This document shows, one piece after another, positions 30,803 through 43,162 of a DNA stretch of 64,000 bases (position 1 is its first letter; each line of letters begins with the position of its first letter). A program made the translations under genes and the position numbers. This DNA is from Terriglobia bacterium (GTDB lineage: Bacteria; Acidobacteriota; Terriglobia; Acidiferrales; UBA7541): the NCBI GenBank assembly GCA_963695545.1, contig OY968796.1:2912001-2976000 (forward strand), in the 5' to 3' direction. The notes beneath the pieces are model-generated. The model saw nothing but the letters and a program-made list of their open reading frames with translations. It did not search any database and was not told where the DNA came from.

Positions 30803-30910
30803 CGGCGGAATATATCATCCGGAAAGTATCCTAGGAGTACAGCTAGCGTGGGTTGGCCTCTGGAGTGGTGCCGGAAAGGGACAAGGAGCTTGGCCGTTCG
30901 CTCCGGCCGG

Positions 30911-31426
30911 ATGGGGCCGGCGATTTTTCTTATCCTGCCGGTCCTCGCACTTGCGTACATGGCCAGTTGCGCAACCGACAAGGCAACGCCACCGCCCTCT
31001 GAGAAAGTGGATCGCATCATCGTCAAAAAGTCGGCACACACGATGACCCTGATGCATGGCGACGAAATCCTTAAATCGTATAAAGTTGCGCTGAGTCGCG
31101 ATCCCATCGGACCGAAAGAGCGGCAGGGCGACCACAAGGTACCCGAAGGTGCGTACGTAATCGACGCAAAGAATCCTAATAGCCGATTCCATATGGCACT
31201 GCATGTCTCTTATCCAAACGCAGCGGACAGCGAGAGGGCGCGCAAGCTCGGAGTGAATCCTGGGGGCGACGTCGAAATCCACGGTTTGGAACGCGGGTTC
31301 GGCTGGATTGGTAGCCTGCAACGCGACGTCGACTGGACAAATGGATGTATCGCTGTGACGGACTCGGAGATCGAAGAGATCTGGCCGCTAGTTCCGGTCG
31401 GAACGCCCGTCGAGATACGCCCCTAA
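30911..31426 (+). CDS. L,D-transpeptidase (YkuD) family lipoprotein
   Basis: GD.K.PEG.Y, SYPN..D, IHG, WT.GCIA motifs; lipobox-like ASC. Confidence 0.9.
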   Translation: MGPAIFLILPVLALAYMASCATDKATPPPSEKVDRIIVKKSAHTMTLMHGDEILKSYKVALSRDPIGPKERQGDHKVPEGAYVIDAKNPNSRFHMALHVSYPNAADSERARKLGVNPGGDVEIHGLERGFGWIGSLQRDVDWTNGCIAVTDSEIEEIWPLVPVGTPVEIRP

Positions 31427-31429
31427 CGA

Positions 31430-33556
31430 TTACAAAAACAGCGGCGCCATTACAAACGTCACCGTGCACAGCAGCTTGATCAAGACGTGCAGCGACGGCC
31501 CCGCCGTATCCTTGAACGGATCGCCCACCGTATCGCCCACCACGGCAGCCTTATGCGCTTCCGATTTCTTTCCGCCCAGTTCGCCGGTCTCGATATATTT
31601 CTTGGCGTTGTCCCACGCGCCGCCGCCGTTGTTCATCATCGTCGCAAGAAGCACGCCCGAAATTGTGCCGACCATCAGCACCGCGGCCACGGCTTCCGCG
31701 CCCATCGTGGGATCTAGAGCCGTCTTGAAGTATCGGAATATGAAGCCGACCGCGACCGGCACGCCCACCGCCAAGAGTCCCGGCGCGACCATGGCCTTCA
31801 GCGCCCCGCGCGTCACCAAATCCACGCAGCGCGCGTAGTCCGGCTTCGACGTGCCGGCCATAATTCCCGGATCGTCTCGAAATTGCCGCCGCACTTCCTG
31901 GATCACCAACTGCGCGGTTCTGCCCACGGCCTGAATCGCCCACGAGCTAAACAGAAACGTCAGCGCCGCGCCGATCAACGCCGCGATGAACACCGGCGGC
32001 TTGCTGATGTCCACGCGCTCGAAGCGGAACGCGAGGTTGCCGGTTTTCTGCTGCACCAGCAGCGTGATCTCATCGAGATACGCCGAGAACAGCAAAAACG
32101 CCGCCAGCGCCGCCGAGCCGATCGCGTATCCCTTCGTCAACGCCTTGGTCGTGTTGCCCACCGAATCCAATCGGTCCGTGCGCTTGCGCACTTCTTCCGG
32201 CGCGCCCGACATTTCGATAATCCCGCCGGCGTTGTCCGTGATCGGACCGAACGTGTCCATCGCCAGAATGTACGCCGCGGTAGACAACATCCCCATCGTG
32301 GCGATCGCCGTGCCGTACAATCCCGCGCCGCGCGTGCCCGGCAGCGCCATGCGTCCGCAGTAATACGATCCAAGAATCGCGGCCGAGATCGCAATCACTG
32401 GCATCGCCGTGCACTCCATCGAGACCGCAATCCCCGCGATAATGTTCGTCGCCGCGCCTGTCACCGACGCCTTCGCGATCGAAAGCACCGGCCTATACCG
32501 GTACTCCGTGTAGTACTGCGTGATCCACACGAACACAAAACTGTTCACGATCCCGATTACGCCCGCCGCGAAGAACCACAAATTGTTTTGCAGCAAATAG
32601 CGCACGGCCACGTAAAATCCCGCCGTCGCCAGAATCGATGTCGCCAGGTACCCGCGATTCAGCGCCGCCAGCGGATCTTCGCCGTCATTCTTCAAGCGCA
32701 CGATCCAAATTCCCACCACCGACGCCACCAACCCAAACGCGCGCGCCACAAGCGGAAAGAAAATCCCCAGAATCCCGAATTTTCCGAACAGCGCCACGCC
32801 CAGAATCATCGCGCCGATATTTTCCGCCGCGGTCGATTCAAACAAATCGGCGCCGCGACCCGCGCAATCGCCCACGTTGTCGCCCACCAAATCCGCGATC
32901 ACCGCCGGATTGCGCGGATCGTCTTCGGGTATTCCCGCTTCCACTTTGCCCACCAGGTCCGCGCCCACGTCCGCGGCCTTGGTGTAAATCCCGCCGCCCA
33001 GTTGCGCGAACAGCGCCACGAAACTCGCGCCGAATCCGAATCCCACGATCTCGTACGGCACGCCCATGGGATTGCGCATTCCGCCGAAGCCGATAAAAAT
33101 CAGCCCCACACCCAGCAGGGAGAGCGCCACCACGGAAAGTCCCGTCACCGCTCCGCCGCGCAGCGCCAATTGCAGCGCGCGGTTCAAACTCGTGCGCGCG
33201 GCGCTCGCCGCGCGCAAATTCGCGCGAATCGAAACGAACATCCCCGAAAATCCCGCCAGACCCGAACACACCGCGCCGGCGAAGAACGAAATCACCGTCA
33301 TCCACGCCAGCTGACTTCCCTTGGTGAAATAGTAAAAAAAGAACAGCAGAATCGCCAGCAGCAAACTCATCCCATAAATTGTCTTGTACTGGCGCTTCAT
33401 GAAGGCTTCGGCGCCTTCCTTGATGGCTTCCGCGATTGCTTGCATGGCCGCCGTGCCCGTGTCCGCCGCCAGCACTTCCCGCGCGAACAGCGCCGCGATC
33501 CCCAGCGACGCCACGCTTACGGCCATGAAGAACCAGACCCATCCTGTAACCGACAT
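31430..33556 (-). CDS. hppA: Membrane H+-translocating pyrophosphatase, K+-independent type
   Basis: DVGADLVGKVE, EDDPRN, GDTVGDPFKD motifs; GNTTKA carries the Lys of K+-independent enzymes. Confidence 0.93.
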   Translation of the reverse strand: MSVTGWVWFFMAVSVASLGIAALFAREVLAADTGTAAMQAIAEAIKEGAEAFMKRQYKTIYGMSLLLAILLFFFYYFTKGSQLAWMTVISFFAGAVCSGLAGFSGMFVSIRANLRAASAARTSLNRALQLALRGGAVTGLSVVALSLLGVGLIFIGFGGMRNPMGVPYEIVGFGFGASFVALFAQLGGGIYTKAADVGADLVGKVEAGIPEDDPRNPAVIADLVGDNVGDCAGRGADLFESTAAENIGAMILGVALFGKFGILGIFFPLVARAFGLVASVVGIWIVRLKNDGEDPLAALNRGYLATSILATAGFYVAVRYLLQNNLWFFAAGVIGIVNSFVFVWITQYYTEYRYRPVLSIAKASVTGAATNIIAGIAVSMECTAMPVIAISAAILGSYYCGRMALPGTRGAGLYGTAIATMGMLSTAAYILAMDTFGPITDNAGGIIEMSGAPEEVRKRTDRLDSVGNTTKALTKGYAIGSAALAAFLLFSAYLDEITLLVQQKTGNLAFRFERVDISKPPVFIAALIGAALTFLFSSWAIQAVGRTAQLVIQEVRRQFRDDPGIMAGTSKPDYARCVDLVTRGALKAMVAPGLLAVGVPVAVGFIFRYFKTALDPTMGAEAVAAVLMVGTISGVLLATMMNNGGGAWDNAKKYIETGELGGKKSEAHKAAVVGDTVGDPFKDTAGPSLHVLIKLLCTVTFVMAPLFL

Positions 33557-33625
33557 GAATCCTCCGCTGCCGAATCTCGTCAGGAATCCTTGCAGGTGAG
33601 ATCGTAACCAAAAACCAACTCAAGG

Positions 33626-33654
33626 CTTATAGCAGGCCCCTCGGCAGCGGTCAA
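33626..33654 (-). promoter_or_regulatory. Putative sigma70 promoter of hppA
   Basis: TTGACC-N17-TATAAG on the - strand. Confidence 0.6.
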
Positions 33655-33834
33655 TACAGCGCAGCCACAGTTTCACAGATCGAAACAGCGCAGAACGAAC
33701 GCTTTGCGGACGCCGCGTCGATTTACGAGGCCTGGAGGCGCGCGGCCTGTGGCCAAGTTCCACGATCAAGCCGGGATTCGCGCGGGCGCATGGCGCTCGG
33801 CTCTGGTAAAATCTCGGCTCCCTTCCCGGGTGCT

Positions 33835-34482
33835 ATGCGTTTAGTGAGAATCTTCTATCGGCGCGTTGTTCCTTGGCTGGAAGCCTTGGTCCTGGCTACC
33901 GGCGGCGTGGGAATGTGCGTGGCCGGATTCATCGATTCGGCCACTCCGTTGCCTCCGGTGGTCCTCGATATTTTGCTGATCGAAGTCTCCATGAAGCGCC
34001 CAGTTCGCATGCCCTATTACGTTCTGATGACCGTGATTGGCTCGGTGCTCGGCGGCGTGCTCCTCTATGTTCTGGCGCGCAAAGGGGAACAGGCCTTCAT
34101 CAAGAAGAGCACCGGGGCTCGCGGAGAAAAAATCCGGAGTTGGGTAGCGCGCAACGGCTTTCTTGCGGTTCTGCTGGGAGCGCTGATGCCGCCGCCGATG
34201 CCTTTCAAGGCCGTGATTCTGGCTGCCGGCGTGGCCGAGATGCCGCTGCGGCCGTTTATTTTCTCGCTGACGCTGGCGCGCGTGATTCGTTTCTCCCTCG
34301 AAGGTTACCTGGCGGTAAGATTCGGCGCGGCCGCGCTCCCATACCTTCGGGAACACAAAATCGCGGGAACATTCTGGTGCGTGGTCATTGCGCTTGCGCT
34401 CTACTTGGCGATGCGCCTCGCCATGCGGCCCAACAAAGAAGAGCGAGCCGCCGAAGAACTGGCCGCCGCGCGGAAGAAGTAG
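33835..34482 (+). CDS. DedA/VTT domain membrane protein
   Basis: FIDS, GS.LGG...Y, P.PFK, AR.IRF motifs. Confidence 0.85.
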   Translation: MRLVRIFYRRVVPWLEALVLATGGVGMCVAGFIDSATPLPPVVLDILLIEVSMKRPVRMPYYVLMTVIGSVLGGVLLYVLARKGEQAFIKKSTGARGEKIRSWVARNGFLAVLLGALMPPPMPFKAVILAAGVAEMPLRPFIFSLTLARVIRFSLEGYLAVRFGAAALPYLREHKIAGTFWCVVIALALYLAMRLAMRPNKEERAAEELAAARKK

Positions 34483-34511
34483 CGCGCGCCGTCGTTCCGT
34501 CCCGCCTCATC

Positions 34512-35594
34512 TTACTTTTCCCCGCCGCTCTCCTCACCGATCGCCTCGCCGGAGCTCGCCGTGTTGAATAGAAATTTCTCCTGCGTCACTTGATTGCTCG
34601 CGTCCACGTCAATCTCCGCGAACACGTTCCGCTCCGCGCGCGGCCCCGTATCGAATCGCAGATCGCGCAGCATCACGCGATGCCCATCACCCAGACCCTC
34701 GACGCGCGCCAAAGGGAACCGCGCGAATTTCAGGAACGCCGCGCCCACATCGCTCTGCTGTGCCGCTTCGAGCGCCGGCGATGCCTCCGCCTTATAGAAC
34801 ACCCGCGCTGATTCCGGATCGAAGGTCGCGCCCGCCGCGAACGACACATCGACCTCGTCGATCGTGTCGTCGGTATCGACTACGCCCGACCACGCGAGCG
34901 GCGACGCCGATTGCGGAAATGCCTCAGCCGTGTTGGCCGCTTCGCCGTGATACTCGCGCGCCGCAATCATCGCCGTTGCGCGCTTCTGCAGAATCAGCCG
35001 CCCGCTGCAGAACGCCGCGACCAGCGCCAGCGCCACCACCGCGCCCCGATCGACCGACTTCCGCTTCGACTTCGCGCCAATTTCCTCCGTGATCATCCGG
35101 AATAACGCGGGCACCAAAAGTCCCGCCAGCAGCAGAAACAGAATCCACGGATCAAGCGATGCCGTCAGATCCCACGCGAACCATCGCGCGCTAAAGGGCC
35201 ACAGCAATTTCACCCCGTAGCTATTCGTCAGATCGAGCAGCACATGCAACCCGCCGCCCGCCAGCGCCGCAAAAAACGCCGGCGCGAACCGCAAGGAATT
35301 TGTAGGGGCGGAGCTTGCCTCCGCCCGGTTTTGCCCCACGGGCTTGCCAAGTCGCCGCCCGATCACAACGAACGTCGCCGCGATCAGCGCGGCCAGAACC
35401 ACGATGCCCACCAGCGAATCCGTCGCCGTGCGATGCGCTTCCAGAAACATCCGCGCGCCGCCGAACACCGATAGCCAATCGAGCTCCGGCGCGAGCCCCG
35501 CCGTCACGATTATCGGCAGCGCCAGCGGCGTCACGCGCTTAAACCCGCAACGCGCGAGCGCCACCGAAGCCAGCACCTGCGTAATCGGTTCCAT
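34512..35594 (-). CDS. Inner-membrane metal-dependent hydrolase (YdjM-like)
   Basis: MEPITQ start, P.LD, HR.AT.S, H..LD..NSYG..LLWPFS motifs. Confidence 0.8.
   Translation of the reverse strand: MEPITQVLASVALARCGFKRVTPLALPIIVTAGLAPELDWLSVFGGARMFLEAHRTATDSLVGIVVLAALIAATFVVIGRRLGKPVGQNRAEASSAPTNSLRFAPAFFAALAGGGLHVLLDLTNSYGVKLLWPFSARWFAWDLTASLDPWILFLLLAGLLVPALFRMITEEIGAKSKRKSVDRGAVVALALVAAFCSGRLILQKRATAMIAAREYHGEAANTAEAFPQSASPLAWSGVVDTDDTIDEVDVSFAAGATFDPESARVFYKAEASPALEAAQQSDVGAAFLKFARFPLARVEGLGDGHRVMLRDLRFDTGPRAERNVFAEIDVDASNQVTQEKFLFNTASSGEAIGEESGGEK
35302..35326 (+). repeat. GTAG-type REP palindrome inside a coding sequence
   Basis: GTAG immediately followed by GGGCGGAG-CTTGC-CTCCGCCC. Confidence 0.65.
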
Positions 35595-35659
35595 CTCGCT
35601 TGAGGTTATCTCATAAGTGGCTTGCGTTCGTGCAAGTTCCGCTCCACGCTGTTGAAATT

Positions 35660-38169
<2,510 letters not shown>

Positions 38170-38206
38170 GTCGCGCCGGAACTGAGCAAGAACGCATCGA
38201 ACCCGC

Positions 38207-39742
38207 ATGGCCGATCCGCAAGTGCTCATCGTGGGAGCCGGGCCAACTGGCCTCGTTCTGGCATTGTGGCTCGCGAAAGCCGGAATCCCGCTCCGCATCA
38301 TCGACAAAACGGACGCGCCGGGAACCACCTCGCGCGCCATTGTCATGCACGCGAGGAACCTCGAATTTTACCGTCAGTTGGGCATCGAGCGCTTTGCCAT
38401 CGATGGAGGCATTGAAGTCACGGCACTCAATCTTTGGCTGCGAGCTAAGCATGTCGCGCGCGTCTCCTTCGGCGAGCTCGGAATCAAGATCAGCGCTTAT
38501 CCCTACGCGCTGATTTTCACTCAGGATCTGCAAGAGCAGATGCTCGTCGAGCAATTGAAACTCGCCGGCGTAAACGTTGAACGCGAAACCGAGTTGGTCG
38601 ATTTCACATTCGATGGAAACGGCGTCAGCGCCGAGATACGCAAGAAATCCGGTGAGCGCGAAATTGTGAAGGCCGCCTACATCGCCGGCTGCGATGGCGG
38701 ACACTCGACAGTGCGCGAAAAGCTCGGGATTGATTTTCCCGGCGGAGACTACGCGGACACGTTTTACGTAGCCGACATTCGAGCGAGCGGCCCAGCCGTC
38801 AACGGCGATATGAATATCGCGCTCGATGAAGCCGATTTCCTTGCGATCTTCCCGATGAAAGGCGAAGGGAAAGCGCGCCTGGTTGGCGCGGTGCGGAAGG
38901 AACTGCAAGAAAAAAGAGATTTGCGTTGGGACGACGTGAGCCCCGTGATTCTTCGCGACCTCAAGATGAACGTCGAAGAGGTGAATTGGTTCTCAACCTA
39001 TCGCGTGCATCACCGTGTGGCAGCGCATTTTCAAAAGCAGAGAGCTTTCTTGCTGGGCGACGCCGCTCACGTGCACAGTCCCGTGGGCGGACAGGGGATG
39101 AATACCGGCATCGGCGACGCCGTAAATTTGGCGTGGAAATTGGCGGCTGTGCTGCAAGGAAATTCCGGCGTGGCGCTGCTTGAATCCTACGAATCGGAAC
39201 GCATCGCGTTCGCGCGGCGTCTGGTGGCCACTACGGATCGCGCTTTTTCTTTCGTCTCGGCGCGCGGGCGATTCGCGACGCAAATTCGGATTCGCATCGT
39301 GCCGCGATTGCTGCCCTTCCTTTTCGGATTCGCCGCCATGCGCCGTTTTCTGTTCCGGACGATTTCGCAAATCGCGATCAAATACTCCCAAAGTCCTTTA
39401 AGCCACGGACCAGCTGGAACGATTCGAGGCGGCGAGCGGTTGCCGTGGGTCCAGTTCACGGATGCCGGCGGCAAAACCACGGATAATTTCTCGAGCTTGG
39501 CGACGCGAGCGTGGCAGGTACATTGCTATGGCGATGCGGCGCCGGCGCTAAAAGCGATGTGCGACGCGCGCGCACTGCAACTCGAAATATTTCCGTGGAG
39601 CAGCGACGCGAAAGAAGCAGGCTTGAGAAAAAACGCCGCGTACGTCGTCCGGCCCGATGGATATATCGCCATCGCGGACCGCGATGCCGACCCGGCGAAA
39701 ATTTCCGCGTACCTCGATAGGTGGATGACGCCCGTCAATTAG
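38207..39742 (+). CDS. FAD-dependent monooxygenase (PheA/TfdB-like)
   Basis: GAGPTG, GCDG..S.VR, GDAAHVHSP.GGQGMNTG, VRPDGY motifs. Confidence 0.92.
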   Translation: MADPQVLIVGAGPTGLVLALWLAKAGIPLRIIDKTDAPGTTSRAIVMHARNLEFYRQLGIERFAIDGGIEVTALNLWLRAKHVARVSFGELGIKISAYPYALIFTQDLQEQMLVEQLKLAGVNVERETELVDFTFDGNGVSAEIRKKSGEREIVKAAYIAGCDGGHSTVREKLGIDFPGGDYADTFYVADIRASGPAVNGDMNIALDEADFLAIFPMKGEGKARLVGAVRKELQEKRDLRWDDVSPVILRDLKMNVEEVNWFSTYRVHHRVAAHFQKQRAFLLGDAAHVHSPVGGQGMNTGIGDAVNLAWKLAAVLQGNSGVALLESYESERIAFARRLVATTDRAFSFVSARGRFATQIRIRIVPRLLPFLFGFAAMRRFLFRTISQIAIKYSQSPLSHGPAGTIRGGERLPWVQFTDAGGKTTDNFSSLATRAWQVHCYGDAAPALKAMCDARALQLEIFPWSSDAKEAGLRKNAAYVVRPDGYIAIADRDADPAKISAYLDRWMTPVN

Positions 39743-40049
39743 TCGGCGGCGGATCGTACGTGCCCATGGGGACCGAGCCGCGGCAGCGCCAGATGCGTTC
39801 CGCCGAAAGCACCAGGCCGCGGCGAATGCCGAATCTTTGCACCACGGCGACCGAATAGTGCGAGCACGTCGGGTTGTAGCGGCAACGAATCACCGAGTGC
39901 AAATGCGGACTGACATGCTCCTGATAAAGGTGGACCGCCGACACATATATATCGGCGGTCCACTGCCGCGAAGGGGCGCGGCAACTATCGAATGTAGCCG
40001 TTGCAATTAAGACGGCTATACAGGCCAGATAGGTTTCAGGCCGTTTCAG
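39735..40049 (-). CDS. yidD: Membrane protein insertion efficiency factor YidD-like (start uncertain; CTG overlapping the upstream stop)
   Basis: YQ..SP, CRY.PTCS.Y, RI.RC, G.YDP motifs. Confidence 0.75.
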   Translation of the reverse strand: MKRPETYLACIAVLIATATFDSCRAPSRQWTADIYVSAVHLYQEHVSPHLHSVIRCRYNPTCSHYSVAVVQRFGIRRGLVLSAERIWRCRGSVPMGTYDPPPTN

Positions 40050-40426
40050 GGATTGCCGCAGCTCGGGCACTTGGGCAGTCCTTGCATGCGCTTCTTGCCG
40101 CAGCTGCACACCACCAGTTCGCCCTTCGGCCGAATGATCAAATAGATCACCAGTCCGATCAGGCCGGTGAAGAGCACGATCACCGGCCACAGAATGGGAT
40201 TTTCCATGCCGCGCGCCGTGGCATCGTTTTTCACCCAGAGGAAAATCGCGACGTTGATGCCGATGACCACGGCCAGGAAAATCAAGGACCCAACGCAGCC
40301 GAGACCTGCGCAGGCGCTGGCGCCGGCCATGCCGTTATCGTTCATTTGCAGAAACAGCGCCGCCGCAAGCAGGGGAGTGCAGTGCGCGAGCGAAAAGCGT
40401 TTCATCTTGTTTGCTGGATCGGGCAT
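40046..40426 (-). CDS. Small membrane protein, PLDc_N-like hairpin plus C-terminal zinc ribbon
   Basis: W...DA..RG, W......G.IG..IY...RP, then CSC...CPSC. Confidence 0.75.
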   Translation of the reverse strand: MPDPANKMKRFSLAHCTPLLAAALFLQMNDNGMAGASACAGLGCVGSLIFLAVVIGINVAIFLWVKNDATARGMENPILWPVIVLFTGLIGLVIYLIIRPKGELVVCSCGKKRMQGLPKCPSCGNP

Positions 40427-40780
40427 GAGACGTTTCCTCCGACGAACGTTTCTTTTTATCCGGCCTCGCTACCGAACGCGATCACCGCACGACCGCAACC
40501 GCTCGGCCTGTTTGGCCCGTGGGGTGGCGGGAGAATACCACTGGTTGTGGCCGTCGCAAAGCGCGAAATCGCTTTGGGTAAGCGCGCGCTCGGATCCGCC
40601 CCAGGCGTTCGGAGCGACACGATATATTTACGTGCGCGCGACGCTTGCAAACGATCGCGTTCCGTCCTAGGATGCGGCGCACTGACTAGCCTCACAGGGG
40701 GCAAACATCGCCGCCCGATTTGGAGGCGCGACTGGCGCCGTTTGAAATAAGCGCGCGCGGGCCGTTTGCGAGGAGGAAAC

Positions 40781-41548
40781 ATGTTCTGCACGCGATGTGG
40801 CACGTCGGTTCCCGAAGGCGCGGGTTTCTGCACGACTTGCGGCAATCCGATGCAGGCGAATCAACCTGCTCCGCCACCGCCGGTTTATCAGGCGCCGCCC
40901 CCTCCTCCTCCGGTTTATCAGGCACCGCCGACTCCGCCGCCCGTGTATCAGGCGCCGCCGCCGGTGTCTCAAGCGCCGACGCCGGTCTATCAGGCGCCAC
41001 CTCCTCCACCGCCGCCGGTGCAGCTGAAGGCGACTCCGCCGATGGGATACACGCCGACGCAGCCAATGGTGGTGGCGCAATTGCCGTACGCGGGATTCTG
41101 GAAACGATGCTGGGCGTATCTCATCGACTCGTTGATCCTCGGCGTGGTGTTCGCGCTGTTTGCCATCGTTGTGTTTCTGGTGATTGGCGGAGGCGCGCTG
41201 ATTTCGGGCAGCGAGAATGCCCAGGATTTTGCCGCGGCACTTGGAGTGGCGGCGATTCTTATGATTGTTTTCGCGTACCTCGCGCTGATCGTGGTGGTGT
41301 GGCTGTACTTCGCGAAAATGGAAAGTTCCGAGAAGCAGGCCACCATCGGTAAAAAGATGCTGGGCATTTACGTCACCGACGTGAACGGACAGCGGCTCAC
41401 GTTTGGCCGCGCCTCCGGCCGCTTCTTCGCGAAAATTATCACGAACTTAATTCCAGCGGGCATCGGCTGGATCATGGCGGGATTCACCGAGAAGAAGCAG
41501 GCGTTGCACGACATGATCGCGGGCACGCTGGTTTGGCGCCGGCAATAA
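40781..41548 (+). CDS. RDD family protein with N-terminal zinc ribbon and Pro-rich repeat linker
   Basis: MFCTRCG...FCTTCG, about five PVYQAPP units, YAGFW.R..A..ID, QATIGK, ALHD motifs; GAGGAGG RBS. Confidence 0.9.
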   Translation: MFCTRCGTSVPEGAGFCTTCGNPMQANQPAPPPPVYQAPPPPPPVYQAPPTPPPVYQAPPPVSQAPTPVYQAPPPPPPPVQLKATPPMGYTPTQPMVVAQLPYAGFWKRCWAYLIDSLILGVVFALFAIVVFLVIGGGALISGSENAQDFAAALGVAAILMIVFAYLALIVVVWLYFAKMESSEKQATIGKKMLGIYVTDVNGQRLTFGRASGRFFAKIITNLIPAGIGWIMAGFTEKKQALHDMIAGTLVWRRQ

Positions 41549-41565
41549 CCGAAAAAGTCTCCTTC

Positions 41566-41657
41566 ACGACTCGACTTTCTTCAACTGAACTCGACTTTCT
41601 TCGAGTCAACTCCACTGAGTTCAAATCGATTCAACTGAGTTCGAGTCGATTCAACTG
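41566..41657. repeat. Degenerate pentamer tandem repeat between convergent genes
   Basis: Units TCAAC/TGAAC/TCGAC/TCGAG/TCGAT/TGAGT in 5-bp phase. Confidence 0.7.
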
Positions 41658-43048
41658 TTGAGGTCGAACGTCTGGCGATAGGCCGGAAGCACGACCTTCC
41701 ACTTCGGTCCCATCTTCGATTCAATCAGAGTTTTTAACGCTTGCGATGCGGCGGGCTCGCCGTGCGTTAGATAGGTGGTGCGCGGCGGCGCGGGCATGCC
41801 TCCGAGCCAGCGCAGGATTTCGCCGCGATCGGCGTGCGCGGAAAATTGGCCGAGGTTGACGACTTCGGCCTTCACCGCGACGTCCTGGCCGAGCAGGCGC
41901 ACGGATTTCGCGCCGTCTTGAAGCTGGCGGCCGGTGGTGCCTTCGGCTTGATAGCCGACAAGCAGGACGGCGTTGCGCGCGTCGGGCAGGCGCTGCACGA
42001 GGTGATGCATCACGCGGCCGCCGGTGGCCATGCCGCTGGCGGAAACGATGATGGCAGGCGTTTTCACGGCGTTGATTTGCTTCGATTCCTGAACGCTGCG
42101 CGTGAGATGCAGAGTGTGCGCATCGAGCGGATTGCCGAGGAGCGCGTCCTTGGCGAATTGCGCGCCCTGATCTTCACGATGCGCAAGATAAAGGCTGGTG
42201 ACGCTGATGGCCATGGGGCTATCGACATAGACGGGCAAGCGCGGAATGCGGCCGGAGTCTTCGAGTTGCCGCGTGATGTACATAATACTTTGCGTGCGGT
42301 CGACCGCGAACGCCGGAATCACAATTACGCCGCCGCGCTTGGCAACGCGATTGATAACATCGCCGATGGCGACGTCGGCGGGATCGGTGGGGTGATCGCG
42401 ATCGCCGTAGGTGGATTCGCAGAGCAGGACGTCGCAATTCGGCGGCGGCTCGGGAGTTTTCAGGATCAGATTGTTGTAGCGACCGATGTCGCCGGAGAAC
42501 ATAACCGTGGTGGTGCGGCCGTTTTCGGTGATGGTGAGTTCGATGTTGGTTGAGCCGAGGATGTGGGCGGCATCGCGAAGGCGCACCGTGAATTGCGGAC
42601 TGGTGGTGGAAACGCCTTCGCGCGGAATCGGCTTCAGGGCGGCGAGCACGGGCGCGACTTGTTCGTGCGTATAGAGAGGTAGCGGCGGATGGTGCCGGCT
42701 CTTTCCCATGCGCGCGTCGTCCTGCGCGTCTTCTTCCATGATGTGCGCGGAATCGGGCAGCAGGATGTTGACGAGCTCGATGGTGGCGGGATCGGCGAAG
42801 ATCGGGCCGCGATAGCCATCGCGCACAAGACACGGCAGCCAGCCGGTGTGATCGAGATGCGCGTGCGTGAGCACGACGAAGTCGATGGTGGAGACATCGA
42901 GCGGCTGGTGATCCCAATTGCGCTGGCGCAATTCGCGCGGGCCTTGAAATAGGCCGCAATCGAGAAGCAGTTTCTTGCCGGCTGCTTCGACCAGATATTT
43001 CGATCCTGTTACGGTGCCTGCTGCTCCGAGAAAGGTGATGTTGGCCAT
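41651..43048 (-). CDS. MBL-fold beta-CASP ribonuclease-like protein
   Basis: GAAGTVTGS, THAHLDH, HILGS, FSGDIG, ESTYG, VGYQAEGT.GR, FSAHAD, HGE motifs; start ATG 43048 with TACAAT 9 nt upstream. Confidence 0.92.
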   Translation of the reverse strand: MANITFLGAAGTVTGSKYLVEAAGKKLLLDCGLFQGPRELRQRNWDHQPLDVSTIDFVVLTHAHLDHTGWLPCLVRDGYRGPIFADPATIELVNILLPDSAHIMEEDAQDDARMGKSRHHPPLPLYTHEQVAPVLAALKPIPREGVSTTSPQFTVRLRDAAHILGSTNIELTITENGRTTTVMFSGDIGRYNNLILKTPEPPPNCDVLLCESTYGDRDHPTDPADVAIGDVINRVAKRGGVIVIPAFAVDRTQSIMYITRQLEDSGRIPRLPVYVDSPMAISVTSLYLAHREDQGAQFAKDALLGNPLDAHTLHLTRSVQESKQINAVKTPAIIVSASGMATGGRVMHHLVQRLPDARNAVLLVGYQAEGTTGRQLQDGAKSVRLLGQDVAVKAEVVNLGQFSAHADRGEILRWLGGMPAPPRTTYLTHGEPAASQALKTLIESKMGPKWKVVLPAYRQTFDLNS

Positions 43049-43162
43049 AGGCGGCGGATTGTACTCGAAATCGCGGGGGATTTCGCAGGCGAGTGTTCTC
43101 GATGGCAACGCGTTCGCGCGAAGGCTGCGGCGGCGCGGCGAGAGTCGCGGTATAATCGGCGC

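Noticed and set aside
40866..41020. CCGGTTTATCAGG repeats in the RDD gene resembling the family B right end
   Set aside because: They encode the PVYQAPP peptide repeats in frame and lack the inner arm and 6-nt spacer; likely coincidental.
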